Sequence record: MH051914
Strand: one strand, 5' to 3'
Source: Enterobacteria phage vB_EcoM_IME338
Length of the DNA: 64,000 bases
The notes beneath the pieces are model-generated. The model saw only the letters and a program-made list of their open reading frames with translations. It ran no database searches and was not told the DNA's origin. The translations under genes were made by a program, and so were the position numbers. Below are positions 43,032 to 53,718 of the stretch, piece after piece; the stretch's first letter is position 1, and every line of letters begins with the position of its first letter.

Positions 43032-43832
43032 ATGAATATCGATGTAGAAAAGATGCTTGAAGAGAAAGGTGTTGACGAAGCGTTCTTAATCAATGCCGTA
43101 GAAAGCATGGCTATGATTCTTCGTGGCAACAACTACACAGAACAGTTTATGCCTGCAAGCTATAACTTGCCTGAAGACAAGTCTGATAACGGTGCTTTTG
43201 CAGAACAGGTTAACATGATGTTGACAGACACTACACTTGCTCTGGCATCTATTGCGGTTGGTGTTGATGCACTTGCTGAGTTCATTTTTTATGAAATGCA
43301 AAAGAATGACTATATCAGAATGTCAGACGAAGATAAGGAACTGTTACTGACTAAGGACACTGATTTCATTATTGATACGCTTATCTCATCAACGAGTGCT
43401 GTTATGGCTGTTCTTGAGAAGCGTATGGAAGAGAAACTTTCACGATATGAAAAACTTGATTGGGGCGTAGAAGAATTAAACCCACGAATCAAAGAGATTA
43501 TCCAGCAAACTAAAGAGTCTTTGGAAGAAGCTGTTGAAAATGACTCTGTAGCTGATATTGAACCACTTCAGGTGAAAGTTGCACTGATGATTCCAGCTAT
43601 CTCTTCAATGATGAATATCGTTGCACTAATCCAACTGTCACAGATGATGGGTGTGAGTATTGAGTTCATTGAGGAGATGACTGGTGGTCTCAGTATGCAA
43701 GCAATCAATGAGGTTTTGGTGAACATTGGTGCTTCAATCATTGAAGAGAAGCTACGCATTAACTTCGGTGATGATTTTGTGAAGCAAATCTCAGCTATGG
43801 CTGAAAAAGAGTATGCTGACCAACTGCACTAA
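43032..43832 (+). CDS. hypothetical protein
   Basis: 266 aa ORF. Confidence 0.5.
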   Translation: MNIDVEKMLEEKGVDEAFLINAVESMAMILRGNNYTEQFMPASYNLPEDKSDNGAFAEQVNMMLTDTTLALASIAVGVDALAEFIFYEMQKNDYIRMSDEDKELLLTKDTDFIIDTLISSTSAVMAVLEKRMEEKLSRYEKLDWGVEELNPRIKEIIQQTKESLEEAVENDSVADIEPLQVKVALMIPAISSMMNIVALIQLSQMMGVSIEFIEEMTGGLSMQAINEVLVNIGASIIEEKLRINFGDDFVKQISAMAEKEYADQLH

Positions 43833-43850
43833 GTCTTTATAAATCTTACA

Positions 43851-43875
43851 AGCCTCCTTAGTTGGGGGCTTTTTA
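43851..43875 (+). terminator. rho-independent terminator
   Basis: agcctcc-ttagtt-gggggct imperfect hairpin followed by TTTTT. Confidence 0.5.
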
Positions 43876-43893
43876 GTAATTAAGGGAGATAAA

Positions 43894-44637
43894 ATGAGTA
43901 ATATTATTGCATTTACTGGAAAGGCACGTTCTGGAAAAGATACCTCATGCTCTATTGTTAAGAATATCCTAGAAGATGAGTATGGCTACAATGTTGCAGT
44001 AATGGCCTATGCAGACAATCTTAAGCTATCTGCATCAAAGATATTTGACTTGACATGGAATGACCTGTACGGTGAAACTAAAGAGACTCCACAGGTTTTT
44101 GACTTATCATACTCTGAACTTATGTTTAAAGTTACAGAAGCTATGGAGTTTACCTTCAGAGGCGAACGTTATCATACGGACTTCAAACTTATGTCAGAGT
44201 TAACCGGGCGATTAATTATGGAGCTTAAGAAGGTTGCTAAACCAACTCTATTAACACGTCTGGGATTTAGTAAAAAGTATAAATTCTCGTCAAGGCAAAT
44301 TCAACAGATTTGGGGTACTGAAGTTATCCGTAAAGTTATGGGTGACAAATTCTGGGCTAAAGACCTCGAAAAACGAATGGCAAATTTCTTTGACGTTTGC
44401 TCACTTAGAAATCAAGAAGGTGTTGTTTTAATCAGTGACTTAAGGTTTGACTCTGAAGCTGAGTGGTTGAGCAGATTTGCACACCAAATTATTGAAGTAA
44501 AAAGAGACAATGTGGACAAGGTTTCATCACATGTTTCAGAAAATGGGATTTCTACCAAATATGCGCGTGACATTATCCATAATAATGGTACTCTTGAAGA
44601 CCTTGAAAGCAAGCTAAGAGCTATCCTGAAAATTTAA
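43894..44637 (+). CDS. deoxynucleoside monophosphate kinase (P-loop, T4 gp1-like)
   Basis: N-terminal IAFTGKARSGKDT P-loop resembling phage dNMP kinase. Confidence 0.55.
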   Translation: MSNIIAFTGKARSGKDTSCSIVKNILEDEYGYNVAVMAYADNLKLSASKIFDLTWNDLYGETKETPQVFDLSYSELMFKVTEAMEFTFRGERYHTDFKLMSELTGRLIMELKKVAKPTLLTRLGFSKKYKFSSRQIQQIWGTEVIRKVMGDKFWAKDLEKRMANFFDVCSLRNQEGVVLISDLRFDSEAEWLSRFAHQIIEVKRDNVDKVSSHVSENGISTKYARDIIHNNGTLEDLESKLRAILKI

Positions 44638-44645
44638 AAGAGAGA

Positions 44646-44846
44646 ATGAAGATGAGAGTAAAAGATAATTTTAAAGTTATTGACCATCGTTTAGTGGAAC
44701 TCTCATCTCTTTCCAATGAGGTAATGATTGAACGTCTTAAGAGAGTTGAATCACGAAGGAAAGAGATTGCAGATGAAATTCATGAACTGGACAAGATTGA
44801 AAATGGATTGAAGGAAGAACTACAACGAAGAGGTGCTAATGTCTAA
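44646..44846 (+). CDS. hypothetical coiled-coil protein
   Basis: 66 aa ORF. Confidence 0.4.
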   Translation: MKMRVKDNFKVIDHRLVELSSLSNEVMIERLKRVESRRKEIADEIHELDKIENGLKEELQRRGANV

Positions 44847-46824
44847 AGGTCGTAAATTGAAAGAGGCTGGTCAGTTTGTTGGTCATTGCGCATGTCCACG
44901 TTGTGGTTCATCAGATGCTGGTTCAATCTATCATCATGACGATGATTCTTATTCGATGACTTGCTTTAGCTGTAACAAAGGTTTCCCAGAGTGGGATTTT
45001 GATAAAGGACAAATCGTGAGCACTTATTCTACTGGTTCAGATAATAAAAACCGTACTTTCCGTGGAATGGATTTAGATGATGTAAAAGAAAACCTAGAAG
45101 CAATGGACTTGAAAGACAGGAAAATTCCCGCAAAAGTCCTTGAACGCTTAGGTATCAAGGTTGACATTGACAGTGATGGTGAAATTGATGCACATTTCTA
45201 TCCAACTTACAAACGTAATGAAGATGGCAAGCTAGAACATGTTGGCTACCGTGTTCGTCACCGTTACCCAGAAGACCATCCAAAAGAACACCTACGTGGT
45301 AAGCTAAAAGACTTTTCAGGTGGTGTTGGAGATATTAAAGGTGAACTGGCAATGTTCGGTTCATGGATTGCTCCAGAAGGTGGGAACCGACTGTTCATCT
45401 GGGAAGGTGAGATGGAATGTGCGACAGCTATCTACATGACTTCTTTGGCGATTAAAGATAAGTCTCGTCGTAAGAATTACTGTCACGTATCTGTTCCATC
45501 AGGTGCAAACATTAAGTCTATCAAAGACAACTATCAGTACATCACATCATTTGATGAGATTTACTTGTGCTTTGATAACGATGAAGCAGGTGCTAAAGCT
45601 ACCAAAGAGGCTGCTGGTATCCTTCCGATTGAGAAGGTTCGTTTATTCCAGTATCCAGAAGGTGTAAAAGACCTTAACGAATGGTGGACAAAGTTTTATA
45701 AAGAGAAAGATACAGTTCTGGAAGGATTCAAGCAGCGTATCTATAACGCACCTCGTTACTGCCCTGCTGGTATCAAGAACTTTGCAGACGGTTTTGAGGC
45801 AATGAAGAATCGTGGTCAGATTCCATTAATTCCTTTCCCAGAATCTTTCGGGGACTTGAACAGGCTAACTTACGGTGGTTATGGTTTAGGTGAGATTACA
45901 ACTCTGGCAGCACCCTCTTCAGTGGGTAAATCTGCATACACTCGTGAAATGATTTATACTGCTTGGAAAGAAACTGATTATAATATCGGTGTAATTCCTG
46001 TAGAAGATACCTATGAAGAGTTGATGGAGATGCTCTGTGCAATCCACCTGAGCAAGCAGATTTCTGAGATTCCTTATGACGAACGTGATTGGGATGAATT
46101 GAAGAAGGCACACGCAGAACTGTCTAAAGGTCGTCGTATCCACATCGTTGACCATCAAGGGGCAATTGACCAAGATAACTTGCTGGAATTTGTTGACTAT
46201 CTTGTTAACAGTTTAGACTGTAAGATTATTATTCTTGACCCTATTACGTTGGCTCTGTCACGTTCAGATACGGATGAAGAGGAAGTTTTGTCTGAGCTAT
46301 TGCGCCGTTGCAAACGCTACCAGTATGCACAGGTAAACGTCTGTCACGTTCGTAAGAGTGCAGGTGGTCAGAAAGCTAACTCCGAAGGTGGAGATATCTC
46401 TGAAGAGGATATCAAGGGTTCTGGTGCGTATTTCCAGATTTCTATGAATAACATTTTGTTAATGCGTAACAAGGTTGACCCAGACCCTGTTAAGAAAAAC
46501 TTGACAAAAATCAAGTTAACTAAGTGTCGTCGTCATGGTAAGTCAACAGGTATTGCTGGTCATACTTGGTATAATCCAGATACAGGTCGTCTTATCAAAG
46601 CTTCTGGATGTGGTGTTGATATTGATGGTGCAGCAGAAAATATTCGTCAACAGTTTGGTATTGGTGAAGCTGAAGACCATTACGATGACTCTTTACCTCA
46701 TTATGAGGATGAAGTGTTTGACCGCGAGACTGGTGAAGTTTATACTGAAGAGCAACGTCAAAGTTCAACAATTCCACCTGTATTAAGCGAGGATGCAGAT
46801 GACTGCCCGTTCGAAACTGAGTGA
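44839..46824 (+). CDS. DNA primase-helicase (T7 gp4-like)
   Basis: N-terminal Cys4 zinc ribbon CACPRCGS...CFSCNKGF; TOPRIM-like central region; helicase Walker A LAAPSSVGKSAYT. Confidence 0.85.
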   Translation: MSKGRKLKEAGQFVGHCACPRCGSSDAGSIYHHDDDSYSMTCFSCNKGFPEWDFDKGQIVSTYSTGSDNKNRTFRGMDLDDVKENLEAMDLKDRKIPAKVLERLGIKVDIDSDGEIDAHFYPTYKRNEDGKLEHVGYRVRHRYPEDHPKEHLRGKLKDFSGGVGDIKGELAMFGSWIAPEGGNRLFIWEGEMECATAIYMTSLAIKDKSRRKNYCHVSVPSGANIKSIKDNYQYITSFDEIYLCFDNDEAGAKATKEAAGILPIEKVRLFQYPEGVKDLNEWWTKFYKEKDTVLEGFKQRIYNAPRYCPAGIKNFADGFEAMKNRGQIPLIPFPESFGDLNRLTYGGYGLGEITTLAAPSSVGKSAYTREMIYTAWKETDYNIGVIPVEDTYEELMEMLCAIHLSKQISEIPYDERDWDELKKAHAELSKGRRIHIVDHQGAIDQDNLLEFVDYLVNSLDCKIIILDPITLALSRSDTDEEEVLSELLRRCKRYQYAQVNVCHVRKSAGGQKANSEGGDISEEDIKGSGAYFQISMNNILLMRNKVDPDPVKKNLTKIKLTKCRRHGKSTGIAGHTWYNPDTGRLIKASGCGVDIDGAAENIRQQFGIGEAEDHYDDSLPHYEDEVFDRETGEVYTEEQRQSSTIPPVLSEDADDCPFETE

Positions 46825-47080
46825 TAGTTATAAAAGAGAGGGGTTTATACCCTTCTTTGAAGAAAAAAGTTTAAATGAATTTCAGGAAGAGTGTTTGACA
46901 AAGATTGATAGGTTCTATAGAATGCTCCTCATGAAATGCAATGGGGAGGTTGAGATAAAAGAAGATTTCTACCAAAGCACGATTACAGTCATCGTTGCAC
47001 TGCCTAAGCATAATATCAGTTGGCTGTTTATAATTAAAGAAAATGTGTTTGAATATCAAGTATATCGGAGAATATCATGA
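46793..47080 (+). CDS. hypothetical protein
   Basis: 95 aa ORF overlapping primase-helicase 3' end. Confidence 0.3.
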   Translation: MQMTARSKLSDSYKREGFIPFFEEKSLNEFQEECLTKIDRFYRMLLMKCNGEVEIKEDFYQSTITVIVALPKHNISWLFIIKENVFEYQVYRRIS

Positions 47081-47233
47081 AACACTCTAAAGCATTTGAA
47101 AAAGTTTTTGGGGATTCCTTAAAAGCCACTGCTGGTAAACCAGCAAAATACTATGAAGAGAAGCGTGTAAGAACTGGAAAAACTGCACGTAAAGCAGCTT
47201 CTAAAGATAAGCACAACTTCCAGTAATTAATGT

Positions 47234-47262
47234 TTGACAATAGAGTATCAACAAATTAGAAT
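47234..47262 (+). promoter_or_regulatory. sigma70 promoter
   Basis: TTGACA 47234-47239, 17-nt spacer, TAGAAT 47257-47262. Confidence 0.7.
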
Positions 47263-47298
47263 TGGTACTCTTCATAAATTGAGATAGAGGTTTAAATA

Positions 47299-48156
47299 AT
47301 GTCTAAAGTTGTTAAAATGAAAGCTCCGGTAGAGAAGTACAACGGTACTGAACGTCAAACTCTGCGTTACCTGCTGAAAGATGTTTGGTTTTATTACCTG
47401 AACACTTCACCACGTCCGGCAAAAGGTAAATCCATTGATAAGAAATTCCCAGGAAAAGATTGTAACTACAGTGTTTCAATTCTGGCAGAAGATGGTAACA
47501 AGCTGTTTAAAGAGTTTACTAAGTCTAAGAAAAACCCAGAAGGTTGGGATAAAGTCACCACTGAAGCAGTTGATGCAGATGACTTCGAAGAGAAGTTTGG
47601 TTGCAAACCACCATTTGAAGCAGACACTTACCACATCTTGAAAGTAAGTCGTGCAGCAGCTTATAAAGATGGTGCTGTGTGGACAGCTAAACAGTCATTC
47701 CCTGTAATGCTGATTGAAGAAGTAAATGGTAAGCGTGTAGCTGTTAAACAGCCGATGAAGAAAATCAAAGCTCAAGCATCTGATGAACATGAAGATGACA
47801 AGAACTATGATGTAATTCATCCAGATATTGCAGTTGGCAATGGTTCTTTTGGTAGTGTGATTCTTTCTACTCACTTCTACACTTTTGAGAACAATGTTCT
47901 GACAAAACCTATTCAGGAACAGTTTATCATTGATACTCTTGTACCTTACACTGGTGGTAACGGTGCTAACGGTGAACCTGAACTGGATGAAGACGAACTG
48001 GCTATGCTTGGTCTTGATGGTGTTGAAGATAACGGTGAAATCACTGAAGAAGACGCAACAGACCACAAACCTTCGAACGATTCTGATGATGGTGATGATG
48101 AAGATTTGCCAGACCCAGATGACGAAGAAGATGAAGACTTCGATACAGAAGACTAA
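47299..48156 (+). CDS. single-stranded DNA-binding protein-like, acidic C-terminal tail
   Basis: 285 aa; C-terminus DDGDDEDLPDPDDEEDEDFDTED typical of phage SSB tails. Confidence 0.45.
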   Translation: MSKVVKMKAPVEKYNGTERQTLRYLLKDVWFYYLNTSPRPAKGKSIDKKFPGKDCNYSVSILAEDGNKLFKEFTKSKKNPEGWDKVTTEAVDADDFEEKFGCKPPFEADTYHILKVSRAAAYKDGAVWTAKQSFPVMLIEEVNGKRVAVKQPMKKIKAQASDEHEDDKNYDVIHPDIAVGNGSFGSVILSTHFYTFENNVLTKPIQEQFIIDTLVPYTGGNGANGEPELDEDELAMLGLDGVEDNGEITEEDATDHKPSNDSDDGDDEDLPDPDDEEDEDFDTED

Positions 48157-48174
48157 TCTCTAAAAGTTACTTTA

Positions 48175-48200
48175 AAGCCCTGTACTTAGTATGGGGCTTT
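48175..48200 (+). terminator. rho-independent terminator
   Basis: aagccc...ggggctt hairpin followed by TTTT. Confidence 0.5.
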
Positions 48201-48218
48201 TTCATATGGAGAGCCATA

Positions 48219-49259
48219 ATGGAGAAGTACACATTAACAAAACTTCCCGATTCAGTTACACATGTTTTTATTGACTCTGACAGCATTGCCTATAAAGGTG
48301 CTTGTGTAGTTGAGAAAGCAAAATATAAATATGTCAATAAACTCACAGCAGAAGAATCTGAACCATTTGATAATGCAAAAGATGCTGCAAGATGGTTAGC
48401 AGACCAGAGAATCCTTGTGGAAGAACTTGGCCTAGCATTTGATGAAGATGAATGGGAAAGACAGACTTGGAAAGAAGCTAAGAGTGAAAAAGAAGCTATC
48501 ATGGCTACTCAACAGGTGCTTCAGGAATGGCTTAAGGTTGTTGGTAAAGAAAGAACTTGGGTGGGTTATTTAACAGAGAAAGGTGTGCATAAGCATAAAG
48601 ACATTAAAGGTCTTGAGCACCAATATCAAGGTAACCGTAAAGATGCTGTCACACCAACACACTTAGTTGCTTGTCGTAAATATCTTTTATCCAGACCAGA
48701 GTTCAAATTGATTCTTGATGGATTTGAAGCTGACTCTATCGTTATTGCTAAAGCTGAAAAGATGGGAAAAAAGGCTGCCTTAATGAGTATTGATAAAGAC
48801 CTTCGCCAAGCTGAAGGTACTTACTGCATTGATATGACCTATGAAAAATCACCTTTAATTTTCATTGCTGATAACAACGTTGGTGAAATTTGGGATTGTC
48901 CAATAAAATCGACACCAAAAGCTAAGAAGACAGTTGGTGTAGGTTTTAAATTTCTTTGTTACCAAGCTGTGGCTGGTGACAATGCTGATAATTATTTTGG
49001 TTTAAAGGGTGTTGGTAAGGCTACTGTAATGAAAGCCCTTGAAGGTAAAAATACTTATAAAGAGTGTCTTGATGCTATATATGAACTTTATGCTAAGAAA
49101 GAGTCATACACTTATGTATCATGGGATGGTCAAACAATTACCAGAACACCTTTAGAGTTAATGCAGCAACACTTTTTCTTAGCTTATCAGGAAAGAAACA
49201 AGAAAGACGATTTCACTTTTAAGAAATATAATTGGGAGCCTTGTATGAATGAAGATTAA
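48219..49259 (+). CDS. 5'-3' exonuclease / flap endonuclease family protein
   Basis: 346 aa; N-terminal acidic cluster VFIDSDSIAY and LILDGFEADSIVIA resembling GxEADD nuclease motif. Confidence 0.55.
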   Translation: MEKYTLTKLPDSVTHVFIDSDSIAYKGACVVEKAKYKYVNKLTAEESEPFDNAKDAARWLADQRILVEELGLAFDEDEWERQTWKEAKSEKEAIMATQQVLQEWLKVVGKERTWVGYLTEKGVHKHKDIKGLEHQYQGNRKDAVTPTHLVACRKYLLSRPEFKLILDGFEADSIVIAKAEKMGKKAALMSIDKDLRQAEGTYCIDMTYEKSPLIFIADNNVGEIWDCPIKSTPKAKKTVGVGFKFLCYQAVAGDNADNYFGLKGVGKATVMKALEGKNTYKECLDAIYELYAKKESYTYVSWDGQTITRTPLELMQQHFFLAYQERNKKDDFTFKKYNWEPCMNED

Positions 49260-49746
49260 AGGATTTGGTAATTGCCCCAACTATGGTCATTGGGTATCTT
49301 TATGTGGGGAAGTTGACCCCACTAAACATTTTGGCTTTGTCTATTTAGTACACTGTAAGAAGACTGGACAATTTTATATCGGAAGGAAACAGTTTAATAG
49401 CGTGACCAAAAGAAAAGTTGCTGGGAAGACTCGTAAGAAGATAGTCACTAAGGAAAGTGATTGGATGACTTATGAGACTTCTTCTGAGTATATTAAAAAA
49501 GATATTGAGAGCTTTGGAAAAGAATTTTTTGACTTTTACATTATTCAGACCTACTACACAAAAGGTGGCCTAGTCTATGGTGAAGCAAACCTTCAACATA
49601 AATTCGATGTAATGACAAAAAGGATTGACTCGAAGCTCAGACTCTTCTACAATGCCAATATTGCAGCAATTAAGTTTATCACTAAAGAAACTTATGAAGA
49701 TGCTGAAAAAAGAATCCATAAGGTAATGAAAGCGAATTGTGCTTGA
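49249..49746 (+). CDS. GIY-YIG nuclease-domain protein
   Basis: 165 aa; FGFVYLVHCKKTGQFYIGRK matches GIY-(10)-YIG spacing. Confidence 0.5.
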   Translation: MKIKGFGNCPNYGHWVSLCGEVDPTKHFGFVYLVHCKKTGQFYIGRKQFNSVTKRKVAGKTRKKIVTKESDWMTYETSSEYIKKDIESFGKEFFDFYIIQTYYTKGGLVYGEANLQHKFDVMTKRIDSKLRLFYNANIAAIKFITKETYEDAEKRIHKVMKANCA

Positions 49747-49752
49747 TAACTA

Positions 49753-50016
49753 TTGAGAGAGAATAAAATGTTTAACAAAAGTAAAGCTGTGAGTCATGTA
49801 GCAAAGGTTGACAGCAAGATTGAAGAACTTGAGCGCATCCTTGCAAATGCTAGAGAGTCAATAATTAAAGAAGTTGAAGCTGTTGAATCTCAAATGCAGC
49901 ACCTAATGCTTAAACGCCAAGAGCTACGTGAGCATCTTGAATATATTGAAACACGAGAGCTAAAGGTTAACAAATATTTTAAGGAGTACGAATGTTTAAC
50001 TCAAGAGAATCAGTAA
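49753..50016 (+). CDS. hypothetical coiled-coil protein
   Basis: 87 aa ORF. Confidence 0.4.
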   Translation: MRENKMFNKSKAVSHVAKVDSKIEELERILANARESIIKEVEAVESQMQHLMLKRQELREHLEYIETRELKVNKYFKEYECLTQENQ

Positions 50017-50747
50017 AAAACTGGAACCTTCGTTGTGGAAACACTCAAAAGCAACCTTACAGTGATGAGTATTGGGAATCTTTAAAATCTCAATCTCTGT
50101 GTATGCTTGAAGAGGCAAAAGAGCTTGTAAAAGCAATTGAAGAGAAAGACCCCATTGAGACACTGGATGCTCAGGCAGATTTACAATATGTTCTTGACGG
50201 TTTGATTTACCTGTCACAACATGACCATAACGGTGCTATGGAAGCTGTTTGCCATAATAATGACCTGAAGTACACAGATGACTATGAAGAAGCTTTAAAA
50301 CGTCTTGCAGATATTGAGAAGCGCACTGGTCAAGATTGTATTGTCAGAATGTCAGTGGTTGATGGCAAAGAATGGTATGCAATTGTTCGTGCAGCCGATG
50401 GGAAGATTATGAAACAATCTAATCTCCCTAAAGTACAGCTTGGTGAATACATTGTAGAACTTGAAAGCCAAGAACTTTTTGTGGTAGTATCTGAGACATG
50501 CGTTATCTGCAAAGGTCTTGTAGGTAGCTTAAAGGATTTGGGTGTAGATGGTTTTGTAGAAGTTAATCCAATTACCTCTAAGGCAGATAAAGACTTCTGT
50601 AAAGAGAATGGACTATGGATTGCAGATATTGTCTATTATGATGGTGAGCAGTTCCATGTAACCTCATACCCGAAACTGAATTATGATGCTAATAACCTGA
50701 AGTGCTGGTTAAAAGGGGTTGGTTATAATGGATTCACAGAACATTAA
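49992..50747 (+). CDS. hypothetical protein, possible MazG-like NTP pyrophosphohydrolase domain
   Basis: 251 aa; LEEAKELVKAIEEKD...LDAQADLQYVLDGLIYL resembles MazG EExxE...D motif. Confidence 0.3.
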   Translation: MFNSRESVKNWNLRCGNTQKQPYSDEYWESLKSQSLCMLEEAKELVKAIEEKDPIETLDAQADLQYVLDGLIYLSQHDHNGAMEAVCHNNDLKYTDDYEEALKRLADIEKRTGQDCIVRMSVVDGKEWYAIVRAADGKIMKQSNLPKVQLGEYIVELESQELFVVVSETCVICKGLVGSLKDLGVDGFVEVNPITSKADKDFCKENGLWIADIVYYDGEQFHVTSYPKLNYDANNLKCWLKGVGYNGFTEH

Positions 50748-51051
50748 TAAAGAAGGTGTGGCTCAGAAGAGCCACTTCTCAAACTACAATATCTCTATGA
50801 CGGTGTTTATGAATGACCCGTTACTTGAGAAGTATGGTGAGACTCCAGATACACTTCTGGATAATGAACAAGTTTTAAAAGCAGTTCTGTACAAATACGG
50901 GATTGACATTGAGAAAGAGTATTCCTTTGAAATTTGCCTACACAGAAATACTTTTGGGAAAGTTGTGATGGCTCCACTCTTCATGGGTGTAGAAAGAACT
51001 GACTATGGTTGGTTATATCTAAAAAGAAACTTGGAGAAATACCGTGTCTAA
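50719..51051 (+). CDS. hypothetical protein
   Basis: 110 aa ORF. Confidence 0.4.
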   Translation: MVIMDSQNINKEGVAQKSHFSNYNISMTVFMNDPLLEKYGETPDTLLDNEQVLKAVLYKYGIDIEKEYSFEICLHRNTFGKVVMAPLFMGVERTDYGWLYLKRNLEKYRV

Positions 51052-51382
51052 AGCAAAAAAGCTATCTTATGATGACATTATCTCAGGTGCTAAATTAGGT
51101 GTTGATAGTATCGGACAAGATGTTAAGCACGGGGACACAGTTATGTACTGTGACGACCAAAGAGGGAGAAGTGCAATCTTGTTTGGAAGAATTGTTTGCA
51201 AAATGCGAGGCAATTACGTTGTTGCAAACATGGATGTGAACGTTACACAAAAACTTGAAACACTTATGGATGATAATCCATCATCATGGTTCTCCATGAA
51301 CTGTATGCACACTTCATCAGTCACAAAAGTGAGTGATAAGTTTTACGATATGTGGCAGAATGAGCAAATTTTCAAGATTTAA
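51044..51382 (+). CDS. hypothetical protein
   Basis: 112 aa ORF. Confidence 0.4.
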   Translation: MSKAKKLSYDDIISGAKLGVDSIGQDVKHGDTVMYCDDQRGRSAILFGRIVCKMRGNYVVANMDVNVTQKLETLMDDNPSSWFSMNCMHTSSVTKVSDKFYDMWQNEQIFKI

Positions 51383-51386
51383 ACTA

Positions 51387-51410
51387 GGGAGCCTCTTCGG
51401 AGGCTCTTTT
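51387..51410 (+). terminator. rho-independent terminator
   Basis: gagcctc-ttcg-gaggctc hairpin followed by TTTT. Confidence 0.75.
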
Positions 51411-51428
51411 CATCTGTAGGATTCAAAA

Positions 51429-53663
51429 ATGATTAAGACAATTAAAAAATCAAACGGTACAGTAGTAAACTTTGACCCAGAAAGACTGAATAAGTGGGCA
51501 TCATGGGCAGATAAGCGTGGAATTATCTGGTCAGAAGTCACTATGGAAGCTATGAAACGTGTCTATGAAGGTTGCACTACAAAAGAGATGCACCAAGCCA
51601 TGATTGATGTTTGTGTTGATAAACAAACTCAAGAGTACTCAGATATGGCTGGGCGGCTACTTCTAGGGATTATCTACAAAGAAGCCTTTGGAGGCTTTAC
51701 TAAGGTTCCTACGCTGATTACCTTCGTTAAAAATATGGAGAGAGCAGGGCTTTGGGAGAAGATGGACTACTCACAGGAAGAGCTTGAATACCTGCAAGGT
51801 TACATTGTGCACTCAAAAGATATCTCTTATGGTTATGCAGTCCTGAAACAGTTCAGAGACAAGTATGGTATCCGTGATATTAAAACGGGAAGACTTTTTG
51901 AGTCACCACAATTTATGTTTATGGGTATGGCTATGAAAGCCTTCGAGAAGCAACCAAAGCACCGTAGACTGCAAGATGTTATCAAGCTGTACACTTACCT
52001 ATCTGACCTGAAGATTAATGCTCCTACGCCTTATCTGAATGGTTTAAGAGCTACTAAATCAGGTTATGCGTCATGCTGTTTGATTAAGGCGAATGATACT
52101 GCTGAATCACTTGGTATTGCTGCAAAGGTTGCTTATGATATGACTACAAAGCAAGCTGGTATTGGGATGCTGATGGAGACTCGTACTATTGGTGATGGTA
52201 TCCGTCAAAATACTATTGAGCACATGGGTAAACTACCTTATTACAAGCTTGTACGTTCATCTGTAGAGGCAAACAAACAAAAGAGCCGTGGTGGTTCAGC
52301 TAACAACTTCTACACCGCTCTAGACCCGCAGATTGAAGATTTACTGCGTTTGAAGCACCCTACAACGGTTCCTTCGAAACGTATTAACGAGATGGACTAC
52401 TCATTCGGTACAAATGATTATTTCTGGCAGTGTGTTCAATATGATACAGACTGGTTGCTATTCTCTTACAAGGATGCACCAAAACTCTATGACATGTTCT
52501 ACACAGCATCTGCTGATGAGTTTGCTATGGCAGTTGGTCACGCAGTACATTCAGGTGTGAAGCACAGACGGGTGAAGGCTCGTGAAATTGCTAAACTGTT
52601 TATCCAGCAGCGTTATGCAACAGGCCGTGTGTACCCATTCTTCACAAATAATGCAAACACACATACACCATTTAAAGAACCTTTGAAGATGTCAAATCTT
52701 TGTATGGAAATTGTGTTGCCAGTGTACGGCTTTGAGAAAGAGACAGACCTTTACAGAGACAATGCTGTGAAAGAGGATGGTGAGGTGGCTCTTTGCTTCC
52801 TAGCTAGTTTGGTTGCAGGGAGAATTTCAGAAGATGAATACGCTGACGTTGCTTATTATGCTCTTGCAATGGTTGACTCCGTTATTGACCTTATGGATTA
52901 TCCGTATCCGTCGATGCGTAACCATGTTCAGAAGCGTCGTTCTGTTGGGATTGGCCTTACAAATGTGGCTCATTACCTTGCGAAGAACTACGTGAACTAC
53001 TCTTCACGAGCAGGTAAGACAAAGCTTCATGAACTTGCAGAGATGCACTCTTACTACTTACACGAAGCCTCTCTGAGACTTGCTAAAGAACGTGGTGTAC
53101 CTGAGTATATGCAGTTCACTAAGTATCCTGAAGGCTGGGTTCCTCCAAAGACAGCCAATAAGAAGATTGATGAAAAGCATGATGCAAAACTACGATATGA
53201 TTGGGATGACTTAGCACAACGTATCAAAGAAAATGGTGGAATCCGTAACTCTGTACTTGAGGCTTATATGCCTAATGAGAGTTCTTCACTGGCAACTAAT
53301 ACAACAAATGGTTTGTACCCAATTCGTGACTTTATTTTAACTAAAAAGTCTGCAACTGGTAACGTACTGTTTATTGTTCCAGATTACGAAGAGTTGAAGT
53401 ATGTCTATGAAATTGCTTGGGATATTGACACCTTTGACCTGATTGATTGTTATGCAATTGTTCAAAAGTTCACTGGTCAAGCTATCTCTTCAGATTTCTA
53501 TGTTGACTATGCAAAGTCTAAGAAGGTATCATTGGCTCAAGCTTTGAAGTACATGATTTATGCCAACTCTGTAGGTATGAAAACCATGTACTACCTTAAC
53601 AGTCGCATTGGTGTAGGTAAATCTGCACTGCAAGATGCTTATTGCGAGGGTTGTGGTGTTTAG
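51429..53663 (+). CDS. nrdA: ribonucleotide reductase class Ia alpha subunit
   Basis: 744 aa; N-terminal ATP-cone-like region; C-terminal CEGCGV redox Cys pair. Confidence 0.9.
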   Translation: MIKTIKKSNGTVVNFDPERLNKWASWADKRGIIWSEVTMEAMKRVYEGCTTKEMHQAMIDVCVDKQTQEYSDMAGRLLLGIIYKEAFGGFTKVPTLITFVKNMERAGLWEKMDYSQEELEYLQGYIVHSKDISYGYAVLKQFRDKYGIRDIKTGRLFESPQFMFMGMAMKAFEKQPKHRRLQDVIKLYTYLSDLKINAPTPYLNGLRATKSGYASCCLIKANDTAESLGIAAKVAYDMTTKQAGIGMLMETRTIGDGIRQNTIEHMGKLPYYKLVRSSVEANKQKSRGGSANNFYTALDPQIEDLLRLKHPTTVPSKRINEMDYSFGTNDYFWQCVQYDTDWLLFSYKDAPKLYDMFYTASADEFAMAVGHAVHSGVKHRRVKAREIAKLFIQQRYATGRVYPFFTNNANTHTPFKEPLKMSNLCMEIVLPVYGFEKETDLYRDNAVKEDGEVALCFLASLVAGRISEDEYADVAYYALAMVDSVIDLMDYPYPSMRNHVQKRRSVGIGLTNVAHYLAKNYVNYSSRAGKTKLHELAEMHSYYLHEASLRLAKERGVPEYMQFTKYPEGWVPPKTANKKIDEKHDAKLRYDWDDLAQRIKENGGIRNSVLEAYMPNESSSLATNTTNGLYPIRDFILTKKSATGNVLFIVPDYEELKYVYEIAWDIDTFDLIDCYAIVQKFTGQAISSDFYVDYAKSKKVSLAQALKYMIYANSVGMKTMYYLNSRIGVGKSALQDAYCEGCGV

Positions 53664-53718
53664 TTTTAATAACTATGGGGGTCGTAAAAGACCCTCTAAA
53701 ATTAACTTTGGAGAAACT

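Noticed and set aside
44833-44838. Upstream GTG start of primase-helicase
   Set aside because: ATG at 44839 gives a conventional start just before the zinc-ribbon motif.
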